In this document: positions 1 to 9,378 of the stretch, in pieces
How the letters are laid out: every line of letters starts with the position of its first letter
Position numbering within the stretch: position 1 is the stretch's first letter
Assembly (NCBI GenBank): GCA_028696435.1
Contig: JAQVHC010000002.1
Location: 1 to 34,014, forward strand
Direction of reading: 5' to 3'
DNA length: 34,014 bases
Origin: Actinomycetota bacterium
GTDB taxonomy: Bacteria; Actinomycetota; Humimicrobiia; Humimicrobiales; Humimicrobiaceae
Notes under the pieces: generated by a model
What the model was told of the DNA's origin: nothing
Databases searched by the model: none
The model's input: the letters and a program-made list of their open reading frames with translations, nothing else
Position numbers and translations under genes: made by a program

Positions 1-174
1 TTTTAAGTATATAAATTTTATTTTAGTTAATAAATTTTCCATTTATGATTTTTTGTATTATATGTTTTTCAGTACTGTTTTATAAACTTTTTTTTGGTAA
101 AATATAAGACTAAAGTAAATTTTAAAGCTAATAAAGGTTTTTTATTAAAATTAGAAAGATAGGGGAATTATAGT

Positions 175-408
175 ATGGGTTCTATTTTGTTAAACATAAT
201 TTTTGGTATTCATATTACAGCAAGTCTCGGATTAATACTGCTTATCCTTCTTCACACCGGAAAAGGTGGTGGAATTTCAGGTTTATTCTCAGGAATGGTA
301 GAGACCTTTGATGGTTCAGGAATTGTGGAGAAGAACCTGGATAGAATAACAATTGTCCTTGGTGTAATTTTTGCAGCTACAACTATAGTTTTATTTATTT
401 TACTATAA
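175..408 (+). CDS. secG: Preprotein translocase subunit SecG
   Basis: A 77-aa protein with two hydrophobic helices flanking the SecG-typical Gly-rich loop LLHTGKGGGISGLFSG. An AGGGGA SD lies about 8 nt upstream of the ATG. Confidence 0.8.
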   Translation: MGSILLNIIFGIHITASLGLILLILLHTGKGGGISGLFSGMVETFDGSGIVEKNLDRITIVLGVIFAATTIVLFILL

Positions 409-494
409 ATAAAAAATTACATTATCCTTTTTGAAAAGAAAGGAGGCCAGAGGGAAAATTTTTTATAATATTTTTTATTATGTGAAGGAGGCTA

Positions 495-2087
495 ATGGTG
501 AAAATTAGCAAAAAGTTTTATACGGCAATTGTAGTAGTTGTAGTAGTTGTGCTAATAGGTTCCGTTTTTTCTGGCTGTAAAAAAGAAGGAAAGACAGGGG
601 GTGCAATGCGGCTCTACATTCAGGAACCGGTATCTCTTGATCCACCGAATTGTTATGAGAGTGAAGGAGTACAGGTAATAAGACAGGTATGGGATGGCCT
701 GGTTGAGTATAATCCTGAAACACTAAAAGTGGAGCCCGCAGTAGCTGAATCATGGGATATAAGTGACGATGGCCTTGTTTATACTTTTCACCTTAAAAAA
801 GGTGTAAAATTCCATAGCGGGAGGGAACTTGTAGCTGATGATTTTGTCTACTCATGGTCAAGGGTTGCGCGTGCGGAAACTGCTTCATATCTTGCATATC
901 ATATGGACCCTATTCTGGGCTACGAAGAACTTCAGGCAGGTGAAGGAGATACACTTGAGGGCTTAAAGGCCATTGACGATTACACTCTTCAGGTAACACT
1001 GAGATATCCTTATGGTGATTTTATTAATACTCTTGGACATGTGGTATTTTATCCAGTAGCAAAGGAGGATATAGAGAAGTGGGGAGACCAGTATGCAGAA
1101 CACATTAATGGTACAGGTCCTTTTAAATTTGTAGAATGGAAGCATGACCAGTATATAGATCTTGAAAGAAATGATGATTATTATGGTGATAAAGCTTCTC
1201 TTGAAAAAGTGAGATACTCCATTTTTGCAGATGAAAATACTGCATTTCTGGAATTCCAGGCAGGAAATCTGGAATATTGTGCAATTCCACAGGGTAAAGT
1301 AAAATCTATACTGGATGACCCTAAACTGGGCGACCTTGCTATAATCAAACCTCTGCTTGCAATTTATTATTTTGGTCTGAATGTTCAGATTGAGCCATTT
1401 AAAGATAATCTGGCATTAAGAGAAGCAATAAATTATGCAATAGACAGGCAAAATATAATAGATGTAATAAGTGAAGGCGTTCCGACAATTGCAACTGGTT
1501 TTGTACCGAAGGGGATTAATGGATACCAGGAAAATGCATCTAAATATGTCTATGATGTGGAAATGGCAAAAAAGAAACTTGAAGAAGCAGGTTATCCGGG
1601 TGGAGAAGGCCTACCCACTCTTACTTTTGGAATAAATCTTGGTTCCGGTCATGAATTAATTGCAGAAGCAATGCAGGCTGACCTCAAGGAAATAGGTATA
1701 GAAGTAGAGATTCAGGGAATGGAATGGGGAGCAGCTCTTGATGCATTCAAGAAAGGAGAAATAAGTTTCTTCAGACTTGGATGGATAGCAGATTATCCGA
1801 CAATGGACAATTTCCTGTTCCCGTTATTCTATTCTAAATCAGCTGACAACTATGTTGGCTATAATAATCCAGAAGTAGACGAGATGCTTCTTGACGCAAG
1901 AAAAACTATTGATGAAGAAGAAAGAATAGAAAAGTACAGAGCAGTTGAGAAAAAAATACTGGATGATTCAGCTTTTGTACTTATTTACTTCTATGGTTCA
2001 AGGCGTATTGTACAGCCTTATGTAAAGGGTTTTGTACTTGATGCTATGGAAAATTATGACCTGAGTAAGGTATGGCTGGAGCAATAG
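495..2087 (+). CDS. Peptide/nickel ABC transporter substrate-binding lipoprotein (SBP family 5, OppA/DppA-like), canonical domain order
   Basis: N-terminal signal peptide with lipobox VFSGC. Family-5 motifs appear in the normal order: AESWDISDDGLVYTFHLKKGVKFHSG, GTGPFKFVEWK, LREAINYAIDRQ, GWIADYPTMDNF. A GGAGG SD is present. It is the first gene of the permease/ATPase operon. Confidence 0.9.
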   Translation: MVKISKKFYTAIVVVVVVVLIGSVFSGCKKEGKTGGAMRLYIQEPVSLDPPNCYESEGVQVIRQVWDGLVEYNPETLKVEPAVAESWDISDDGLVYTFHLKKGVKFHSGRELVADDFVYSWSRVARAETASYLAYHMDPILGYEELQAGEGDTLEGLKAIDDYTLQVTLRYPYGDFINTLGHVVFYPVAKEDIEKWGDQYAEHINGTGPFKFVEWKHDQYIDLERNDDYYGDKASLEKVRYSIFADENTAFLEFQAGNLEYCAIPQGKVKSILDDPKLGDLAIIKPLLAIYYFGLNVQIEPFKDNLALREAINYAIDRQNIIDVISEGVPTIATGFVPKGINGYQENASKYVYDVEMAKKKLEEAGYPGGEGLPTLTFGINLGSGHELIAEAMQADLKEIGIEVEIQGMEWGAALDAFKKGEISFFRLGWIADYPTMDNFLFPLFYSKSADNYVGYNNPEVDEMLLDARKTIDEEERIEKYRAVEKKILDDSAFVLIYFYGSRRIVQPYVKGFVLDAMENYDLSKVWLEQ

Positions 2088-2159
2088 AAAATTAAACAAG
2101 ATTTATACAAAACCCATTATTTATACAGGTTAGAAAAGAAAAAGGAATTTAGAAAAAGG

Positions 2160-2187
2160 AACCTGCACCTTGCATAAGGTGCAGGTT
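2160..2187 (+). promoter_or_regulatory. Intercistronic GC-containing stem-loop between the binding-protein and permease genes
   Basis: Perfect 10-bp inverted repeat aacctgcacc / ggtgcaggtt with the 8-nt loop ttgcataa. There is no T-tract on the + strand, so it more likely acts as a partial terminator or mRNA stabiliser than as a full terminator. Confidence 0.5.
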
Positions 2188-2191
2188 AAAT

Positions 2192-2248
2192 ATTATTATT
2201 ATTATGATTGATAATAATAATGGTTATTATTATTATTATTATTAATCA
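2192..2248. repeat. (ATT)n microsatellite tracts forming an almost pure A/T imperfect palindrome
   Basis: attattattattat (2192-2205) and ttattattattattatta (2224 onward). The arm ttatgattgataataataat (2202-2221) pairs with attattattattaatcataa (2229-2248) over 20 bp with one mismatch. Confidence 0.7.
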
Positions 2249-2273
2249 TAATACTAAATATGAGAGAGTGTAA

Positions 2274-3218
2274 ATGTTTGCTTATATTATAAGAAGAATA
2301 TTACAAATTATTCCGGTTATAATCGGGGTTACTCTTCTATTGTTTATATTATTATATGTTATTCCTGAGGATCCTGCGAGATTGATTCTTCAGAAAGGTG
2401 CTACTGAACAGGCCCTTGAAAATTTAAGGGTAAAGATGGGAATAGATAAACCTCTCTATGTACAGTACTGGAGATATTTAAAACAGCTTGCAAGGGGTGA
2501 TCTTGGAGTATCATACAGATACAGGAGGTCAGTAAACAGTATACTGGCAGAGCATTACCCTAACTCAATAAAGTTAGCGCTTGCAGCAATCATTATTGAA
2601 ATTTTTATTGGTATATTAGCGGGTATAATCTCTGCTGTTAAGAGATATAGCTTCTGGGATACTCTTGTAACTGTTTCTACTACTATTGCTGTTTGCGTGC
2701 CTGTTTTCTGGTTAGGAATGTTGCTCCAGGTGGCTTTTGGCTTAAAATTGCACTGGTTACCAATGTCAGGTATGGGTGATGGTAGTATAAAGTATTATAT
2801 ATTGCCGTCAATCACACTTGCATCAGCATCAACAGCTTATGTAGCAAGAATGACAAGGAGTAGTATGCTCGAGGTTCTGGGCAATGATTACATAACTACG
2901 GCTTATGCTAAAGGCTTATCAGAATTCAGGGTAATAGGCAAACATGCCATGAAAAATGCTCTCATTCCTGTGGTAACATTAATTGGACTGGACCTTGGAG
3001 CTCTTATGGGAGGGGCGATTCTTACTGAAACGGTATTCAGCTGGCCGGGTGTGGGAAGAGTTATTTATCTGGCAGTACTGCAGAGAGATGCGCCGGTAGT
3101 AATCGGTGGTACACTAATTCTGGTGCTTATTTTTGTAGTCATGAATCTCATAGTAGATATAATATATGCCTGGCTGGACCCCAGGATTAGATATCAAAAA
3201 AAGGAAATAAACGTTTAA
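2274..3218 (+). CDS. Peptide ABC transporter permease (OppB/DppB-like)
   Basis: 314-aa multi-TM protein. It has the N-terminal MFAYIIRRILQIIPVIIGV motif typical of DppB/OppB and an EAA-like loop (YITTAYAKGLSEFRVIGKHAMKNALIP). Confidence 0.9.
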   Translation: MFAYIIRRILQIIPVIIGVTLLLFILLYVIPEDPARLILQKGATEQALENLRVKMGIDKPLYVQYWRYLKQLARGDLGVSYRYRRSVNSILAEHYPNSIKLALAAIIIEIFIGILAGIISAVKRYSFWDTLVTVSTTIAVCVPVFWLGMLLQVAFGLKLHWLPMSGMGDGSIKYYILPSITLASASTAYVARMTRSSMLEVLGNDYITTAYAKGLSEFRVIGKHAMKNALIPVVTLIGLDLGALMGGAILTETVFSWPGVGRVIYLAVLQRDAPVVIGGTLILVLIFVVMNLIVDIIYAWLDPRIRYQKKEINV

Positions 3219-3229
3219 AAATTAAAATA

Positions 3230-4150
3230 ATGTATCCAGAACAAAAAATAGAAAAAGAAGAAAGCATACCTGAAGTTTCGAAAGACATAGATCTGGAAGG
3301 TAAGTATAGCAGGTCTTCACTTTACAAGGATGCATGGAGAAGGCTTAAAAGAAATAAACTGGCAATGGTTGGCCTCGGAATTGTAATAATCCTCATACTG
3401 GTGGCAATATTTTCGGGCCTGATTGCTCCATATGACCCTATTGTAAGGGTAAAAGAAGAAGCGCTATTATCTCCGAGCAGAGCTCATCTTTTTGGTACTG
3501 ACCTTCTGGGAAGAGATGTCTTTAGCAGGGTTATATATGGAAGCAGGATATCAATAGTTGTAGGTGTTGTGGCAGTAGGTATATCGGTTATTATAGGCCT
3601 CTTTCTTGGTGCACTGGCTGGATATTTTGGTGGTGTATCAGATAGCATAATAATGAGGATAGCAGATATATTTTTTGCATTTCCATATATCCTTGGAGCA
3701 ATTGCAATAATGACTATTCTGGGACCGGGTATTGTAAACATATTTATTGCAATAGGAATCCTGGGCTGGGCTTACTTTGCAAGGATTTTTAGAAGTTCAA
3801 TTTTGTCAATAAAAAACAAAGAATACATAGAGGCTGCAAGAGCACTGGGTGCAAACAATTACAGAATAATAACCAGACATATCCTTCCTAATTCGTTTGC
3901 TCCGATTATCGTTTATGCAACTATGAATATAGGATCTGCAATTATTACCGAGGCTGCACTTAGCTTTCTGGGTCTGGGTGTACAGCCACCTACTCCAGCC
4001 TGGGGTAAGATGCTTTCCGAATCTCTTGATTATATTGATATAGCTCCATGGATGATGCTATTTCCTGGTCTTGCTATCGTTATAACAGTACTTGGATTTG
4101 TTTTACTTGGAGATGGTCTGAGAGATGCATTTGACCCGAGATTAAAATGA
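3230..4150 (+). CDS. Peptide ABC transporter permease (OppC/DppC-like)
   Basis: 306-aa multi-TM protein with HLFGTDLLGRDVFSRVIYG and EAA-loop YIEAARALGANNYRIITRHILPN, both typical of OppC/DppC. Confidence 0.9.
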   Translation: MYPEQKIEKEESIPEVSKDIDLEGKYSRSSLYKDAWRRLKRNKLAMVGLGIVIILILVAIFSGLIAPYDPIVRVKEEALLSPSRAHLFGTDLLGRDVFSRVIYGSRISIVVGVVAVGISVIIGLFLGALAGYFGGVSDSIIMRIADIFFAFPYILGAIAIMTILGPGIVNIFIAIGILGWAYFARIFRSSILSIKNKEYIEAARALGANNYRIITRHILPNSFAPIIVYATMNIGSAIITEAALSFLGLGVQPPTPAWGKMLSESLDYIDIAPWMMLFPGLAIVITVLGFVLLGDGLRDAFDPRLK

Positions 4151-4214
4151 GAGTATCTATTAATAAAATAATAATAAGTTTAAATACTTTGAAATAGTTT
4201 TTTATAAATAAATT

Positions 4215-5225
4215 ATGTCAGATAGAAACAAAATTTTAGAAGTAAAAGATTTAAGAACATATTTTTATACAGATGATGGTATTGTAAAAGCGGTTGATGG
4301 TATAAGCTTTGATCTTCAATATGGTGAAACTCTGGGAATAGTTGGTGAAACAGGCTCAGGTAAAAGTGTTACTGCTCTTTCTATACTAAGGTTGATTCCA
4401 CAGCCACACGGAAAAGTAGTGAGTGGCAGCATACTTTTTAAAGGTAAAGATTTACTCACGGTAAACCTGAGGGAACTACAGGAATACAGGGGTAACAAAA
4501 TCTCTATGATATTTCAGGACCCAATGACTTCTTTAAATCCAGTATTCACTATCGGTAACCAGATAATGGAATCGTTAATACTGCATCAGAAACTCGACAA
4601 AAGAGCTGCAAGAAAAGGAGCTATAGAATTATTGCAAATGGTGGGTATTGCAGAACCAGAAAAAAGATTATCAAATTATCCACATGAATTCAGCGGTGGC
4701 ATGAGGCAGAGAGCTATGATAGCTATGGCAATAGCAAATAAGCCTGATATATTAATAGCTGATGAACCAACTACTGCTCTCGATGTTACAATTCAAGCGC
4801 AAATACTTGAATTGATCAATGAAATAAAAAGAAAGACAAATTCATCAACAATTTTAATAACCCACGACCTTGGAGTTGTTGCAAAATATGCTGATAGGGT
4901 AATGGTAATGTATGCCGGGAAAGCTGTAGAATTTTCTGAAGTAGATGATATTTATTATAAACCCATGCATCCATATACAATGGGTCTTATGAATTCCATA
5001 ACAAGACTTGATAAAAGAAAAAAGAGCAGATTAAAACCGATAGAAGGTTCACCCCCCAGCCTTATAGATTTGCCCGCAGGTTGTACATTTAAAGATAGAT
5101 GTTTATTTAGTAGAGATGAGTGCGGGTTAAAATATCCTCCACTGATTGAATTTGAAAAAGGGCATATGGTAGCGTGCCTTAGAGTAAAAGAAATATTGAA
5201 AGAAAGAAACAATATAAATAATTAA
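4215..5225 (+). CDS. Peptide ABC transporter ATP-binding protein (OppD/DppD-like)
   Basis: Walker A GETGSGKS, signature FSGGMRQR, Walker B ILIADEPTTALD, and the Opp-type C-terminal extension with four Cys. Confidence 0.9.
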   Translation: MSDRNKILEVKDLRTYFYTDDGIVKAVDGISFDLQYGETLGIVGETGSGKSVTALSILRLIPQPHGKVVSGSILFKGKDLLTVNLRELQEYRGNKISMIFQDPMTSLNPVFTIGNQIMESLILHQKLDKRAARKGAIELLQMVGIAEPEKRLSNYPHEFSGGMRQRAMIAMAIANKPDILIADEPTTALDVTIQAQILELINEIKRKTNSSTILITHDLGVVAKYADRVMVMYAGKAVEFSEVDDIYYKPMHPYTMGLMNSITRLDKRKKSRLKPIEGSPPSLIDLPAGCTFKDRCLFSRDECGLKYPPLIEFEKGHMVACLRVKEILKERNNINN

Positions 5226-5236
5226 AGTAAAAAATT

Positions 5237-6250
5237 ATGAAAAATGATGTCTTGCTTGAAGTAAGAAATTTAAAAAAATATTATAGCCTGAGAAGCGGAT
5301 TTTTGTTTCAAAAGACTGCAGGAATTGTAAAAGCTGTTGATGATATAAGTTTTTATATTAGAAAAGGGGAGACAATGGGTCTTGTCGGCGAAAGCGGTTG
5401 TGGTAAGTCAACTACAGTAAGGGTGATACTCAGACTAACACCACCGACAGGGGGTTCGGTGCTGTATGATGGTAAAAATATTTTTGACCTTGATAAAAAT
5501 GAGATGTTTAAAGTGAGAAGGGAAATGCAGATAATATTTCAGGACCCCTATGCGTCGCTTTCTCCCAGGATGACTATAGGAGATATCATAAGTGAGCCTA
5601 TGGAAATTCACAGAGCAGGTGACAGAAATAGCAGGATGAAGAGAGTAAAAGAACTGCTCGAAATTGTAGGCCTTAATCCTGAACACATAAACAGGTATCC
5701 TCATGAATTCAGTGGCGGTCAGCGTCAGAGAGTAGGTGTTGCAAGAGCACTGGCTTTAACTCCAAAGTTATTATTATGTGATGAACCAGTATCTGCTCTG
5801 GATGTATCTGTTCAAGCTCAGATATTAAATTTATTATCAGATTTGCAAAAAGAGTTTGATCTGACATATTTATTTATAGCTCATGATCTCTCTGTAGTAA
5901 AACATGTAAGCGATAAAATAGGTGTGATGTATCTTGGAAAACTTGTTGAGTTAGCAGAGAGTGAAGAGCTTTATAAAAATCCACTTCACCCGTATACTAT
6001 GGGTTTACTATCTGCTATTCCAATACCGGATCCTAAAATTGAGAAAAAAAGAAAAAGAGTTGTGCTTGAGGGTGATGTGCCCAGTCCGATTAATCCACCT
6101 TCTGGCTGCAGATTTCACCCACGGTGCCCTAATGCACAGGATATCTGCTCCATGCAGGAACCGGAATTAAAAAATTACTCTGATGAAAAAAATAAAAATA
6201 GTGGTGACGGACATTTTGCTGCATGTTTCTTTGCCGGAAAGCCAATATAA
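5237..6250 (+). CDS. Peptide ABC transporter ATP-binding protein (OppF/DppF-like)
   Basis: Walker A GESGCGKS, signature FSGGQRQR, Walker [13 protein letters not shown], and a C-terminal Opp-type Cys-rich extension. Confidence 0.9.
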   Translation: MKNDVLLEVRNLKKYYSLRSGFLFQKTAGIVKAVDDISFYIRKGETMGLVGESGCGKSTTVRVILRLTPPTGGSVLYDGKNIFDLDKNEMFKVRREMQIIFQDPYASLSPRMTIGDIISEPMEIHRAGDRNSRMKRVKELLEIVGLNPEHINRYPHEFSGGQRQRVGVARALALTPKLLLCDEPVSALDVSVQAQILNLLSDLQKEFDLTYLFIAHDLSVVKHVSDKIGVMYLGKLVELAESEELYKNPLHPYTMGLLSAIPIPDPKIEKKRKRVVLEGDVPSPINPPSGCRFHPRCPNAQDICSMQEPELKNYSDEKNKNSGDGHFAACFFAGKPI

Positions 6251-6315
6251 ATTCATAAAGCCCAATACAAAAAATAAAAAGTTAAAGTAATACAGATATT
6301 AAGGGAGTTACATAG

Positions 6316-8040
6316 ATGGCTAAGAATAAAATATCATGGTTATTTATACTGGTAGTTTTAATATGTACAAATATTTGTTTGTACTCATGTAAAAATAGCT
6401 ATATGGAATATTTAACCATGATGGATGATGGAAGCGAAATAAGTGATGAAAAGACGATTCCTGAAGAGTTAGATATAAATAGTAAGGAATTTTTTCTTGA
6501 GTCAAGAGAGAAACAGCTTGATAAAAATCCTCTGAGCGATATTAATGTCAGAAAAGCTATATTCTATGCAATAGATAGAGAGAGAATCGTTAATGAATTA
6601 TACGGAGAATATAATCAGGTTTTAAATAGTCTGTTCCCGGCAGATTCTTATTATTATTCCCAATCATGGGCAGAATACAGTTATGATATAGAAAAGGCAG
6701 AAGAATATTTAAAAAAAGCAGGATATGGCACTGATAATCCTCTGTATATAACAATAGGTTCCACCAGCGATAGTGACACAAAGCAAGTAATAGAAGAAAT
6801 GATAAAAGAAGATTTGAGTGAGATTGGAATAGAAATCTGGATATTAAATAGTCCTTCTAAAGAGTGGTATAGTAATTATGTGAGCAAAGGAGATTATGAG
6901 CTTGGATTATGGTCAATTTATAATTTTGATGAAAGTAGCCTTATAAATAGTTTTAGTTCAGATAAGATACCATCAATGGAAACAGAAGAGAATAAAAATT
7001 GTTGTAATTTTTACTGGTACAAAAATACAGATGTGGATGATCTACTCAAAATTATTGAGAATGAGACTGATATTAAAAGAAAGAAAGAACTTATTTCAGA
7101 CTTACAGGATATGATAGCCAGTGATGCAGTAATACTGCCGCTGTATAGCAGGATAGATGTTGTTGCTTATAATAATAAAAAAATAAGCAATATAGATGTA
7201 GATACTATAAATAATAAGATACATTTCGACATAGAAAACTGGGTTTTGAATAGTGACTGGCAGACAAACGAAAATGAAGCAAAAGAGATTATTGTAGGAC
7301 TTAATAGTGAGGATTATAATCTGGATAGTTTTAGTAAGGATTTTGTAAGCAATCTTCTAATTAAAGGCTTATGGGAGATAAATGAAAAAAGTGAATATGA
7401 AAAAGTGCTTGTCGAGGAAGCTTTTCTCACAGGGAAGAGTATTGATGATTCTACTGGCATGGAAGTAAGAGTTACTCTAAAAGACGGGATATTTTGGGAA
7501 GATGGAAGCAATATTACGGCTGAGGATGTTAAATACACTTATGATATAATAAAAAAGAATGAAAATATTTTGAACATTGATAAAGATTATTTAAAAATTG
7601 ACAGGATAGAAGTAATAAATGAAAAAGAATTTAATATTGTATTTAAAGAAAAAATAAAAAACTGGGAAAGATTTTTTGGAATTATTTTTCCAAAGGATTC
7701 AATGGAAGAAAAAGATATAATCAATCTAAAAATTGAAGATATTGTTGCCAGCGGTCCTTATAAGGTAGAAGAGTATAAAAACCAGGAATATCTACTCCTG
7801 AAAAAAAATGATTTTTATTTTAATGAAACCCCTGACATTGATTATTTTAGGATTTTATTTGATACAAATTTTGCAAATCTTGTTAATATGCTAAAGGGTG
7901 GAGAAGTAGATTTACTAAAAGTTCTTTTTAATCTCGACCTTGTAAATGAGCTGGACGAGGATAAAGACATTGATTTGTTAATAAAGTCTGGAAACTATAT
8001 GGAGCACCTCGCTATATGCTTAAGGCCTAAGGAAAAATAG
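6316..8040 (+). CDS. SBP family 5 (Opp/Dpp-type) lipoprotein with circularly permuted domain order
   Basis: Signal peptide with a lipobox-like LYSC and an AAGGGAG SD. Residues about 71-311 match the C-terminal half of the paralog at 495..2087. Residues about 324-570 match its N-terminal half. See the first finding for the alignment. Confidence 0.8.
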   Translation: MAKNKISWLFILVVLICTNICLYSCKNSYMEYLTMMDDGSEISDEKTIPEELDINSKEFFLESREKQLDKNPLSDINVRKAIFYAIDRERIVNELYGEYNQVLNSLFPADSYYYSQSWAEYSYDIEKAEEYLKKAGYGTDNPLYITIGSTSDSDTKQVIEEMIKEDLSEIGIEIWILNSPSKEWYSNYVSKGDYELGLWSIYNFDESSLINSFSSDKIPSMETEENKNCCNFYWYKNTDVDDLLKIIENETDIKRKKELISDLQDMIASDAVILPLYSRIDVVAYNNKKISNIDVDTINNKIHFDIENWVLNSDWQTNENEAKEIIVGLNSEDYNLDSFSKDFVSNLLIKGLWEINEKSEYEKVLVEEAFLTGKSIDDSTGMEVRVTLKDGIFWEDGSNITAEDVKYTYDIIKKNENILNIDKDYLKIDRIEVINEKEFNIVFKEKIKNWERFFGIIFPKDSMEEKDIINLKIEDIVASGPYKVEEYKNQEYLLLKKNDFYFNETPDIDYFRILFDTNFANLVNMLKGGEVDLLKVLFNLDLVNELDEDKDIDLLIKSGNYMEHLAICLRPKEK

Positions 8041-8123
8041 CAAAAATAAATGAGTAGAAATTATTAAATCTTAATGAGTTATATGTTATAAAAATAAATA
8101 TTTCAATTAAATTGAGTATATTA

Positions 8124-8152
8124 TTGACATGGTAAATTATTATCCCTAGAAT
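8124..8152 (+). promoter_or_regulatory. Sigma-70-type promoter upstream of tRNA-Leu
   Basis: TTGACA (8124-8129), a 17-nt spacer, then TAGAAT (8147-8152). It lies about 135 nt upstream of the tRNA. Confidence 0.5.
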
Positions 8153-8286
8153 TACAGAGTAAAAAACAGGGCAGATCAAAATATAAAAAGTTTAATTATA
8201 TAAAAATAAAGAAAAAATTTTAGTAAAAACCCTGATGGGCTATGAAGGGTTAAGAGCTCTATTATCTATAAAATCCTGTCAGATCT

Positions 8287-8375
8287 GTCGGAGTGGCGGA
8301 AATGGTAGACGCGCAAGGTTGAGGGCCTTGTGAACAAGTATGTTCATAGGGGTTCAAGTCCCCTCTCCGACACCA
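8287..8375 (+). tRNA. tRNA-Leu (anticodon GAG), class II with long variable arm, CCA encoded
   Basis: Hand-folded cloverleaf. Acceptor gtcggag/ctccgac, anticodon stem caagg/ccttg with loop ttGAGgg, long variable arm gaacaagtatgttcat, T-arm aggggTTCAAGTcccct, then A-CCA. Confidence 0.9.
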
Positions 8376-8438
8376 GAAATTTTGGTTTATATTTATTAGA
8401 TTTAAATTATTTAAGATTTATTTAAGAATAATTGAGAA

Positions 8439-8852
8439 TTATTTAATTTGTTCAGCTCTTTTATTTGCAAGTTCAGCTTCTTTATATTTACCCTGTTTTT
8501 TAAGTAATATATAAAGAATTTTCCATGCATCCTTATCATTTTCATTTAATCTGATTAGTTTCTTGATAACATCTTCAGAGTCATGATATCTATTTTGTTT
8601 AAAAAGTGCGGCACTTAAACATAACAGGGCGTCTTTGTAGTCAGTATCTAGCTCAAGAGCTTTTCTGCATGCAAATTCTGCTTCATCATATTTTTCCTGC
8701 TTATAATAATTGATGCCATAATAATACCATGCCTCTTTAAACCTCCTGTCCAGCTTAAGGGCATTCTGGCATGCTCTTTCAACTTCATCATATTTTTCCT
8801 GCTTTATTAATATTTCAATAAAATATATCCATGCGTCTTTTTCGTCTTCCAT
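8439..8852 (-). CDS. Tetratricopeptide (TPR) repeat protein
   Basis: A 137-aa protein made of about four 34-residue repeats with the TPR pattern (for example AWYYYGINYYKQEKYDEAEFACRKALELD). Confidence 0.75.
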   Translation of the reverse strand: MEDEKDAWIYFIEILIKQEKYDEVERACQNALKLDRRFKEAWYYYGINYYKQEKYDEAEFACRKALELDTDYKDALLCLSAALFKQNRYHDSEDVIKKLIRLNENDKDAWKILYILLKKQGKYKEAELANKRAEQIK

Positions 8853-9378
8853 ATCTAAGTGAGTCCTTTTAAATATATTGAACAGGTAAAATCAAACACA
8901 AAAGCAATTAAACTTTTAAAAGATGTTAATTACAAATATAAATGATTTTTAACTTTTTTATAATTATACCAGATTTCTAAGCTTCTTCAGCTTATTCCAG
9001 GGCAGTAAATTTTTTATCTGTTTAATTATTCACTCACACTTAAGTAATAGCTGCCTGCTTGATAAAAGTTATTTTTGTCCTGTTTCTAAATAATTATAAT
9101 TATAATATAAAAAAAATTAATATATAAAAATAAAGTATATAGTTTAAAAAATAATATGTATAGATTTTAACATATTTAGTTAATATATTATATTACATTT
9201 TTATATATAGTTTTATTAATTTTACAGGTTATTTATTATTATCATTAAAGGCTATATAATTAAAAGGCTATATTAATTAAAAACATATTAATATTTATAT
9301 TATAATACCTATCAAGAGAAAACTTATATTTACTGTGACTTACTGAATAGAAATATTTAAAATATAACTGGAATAAGA

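Noticed and set aside
8853-9378. The chromosomal replication origin (oriC).
   Set aside because: There is only one imperfect DnaA-box-like 9-mer, no box cluster, and no dnaA or dnaN nearby.
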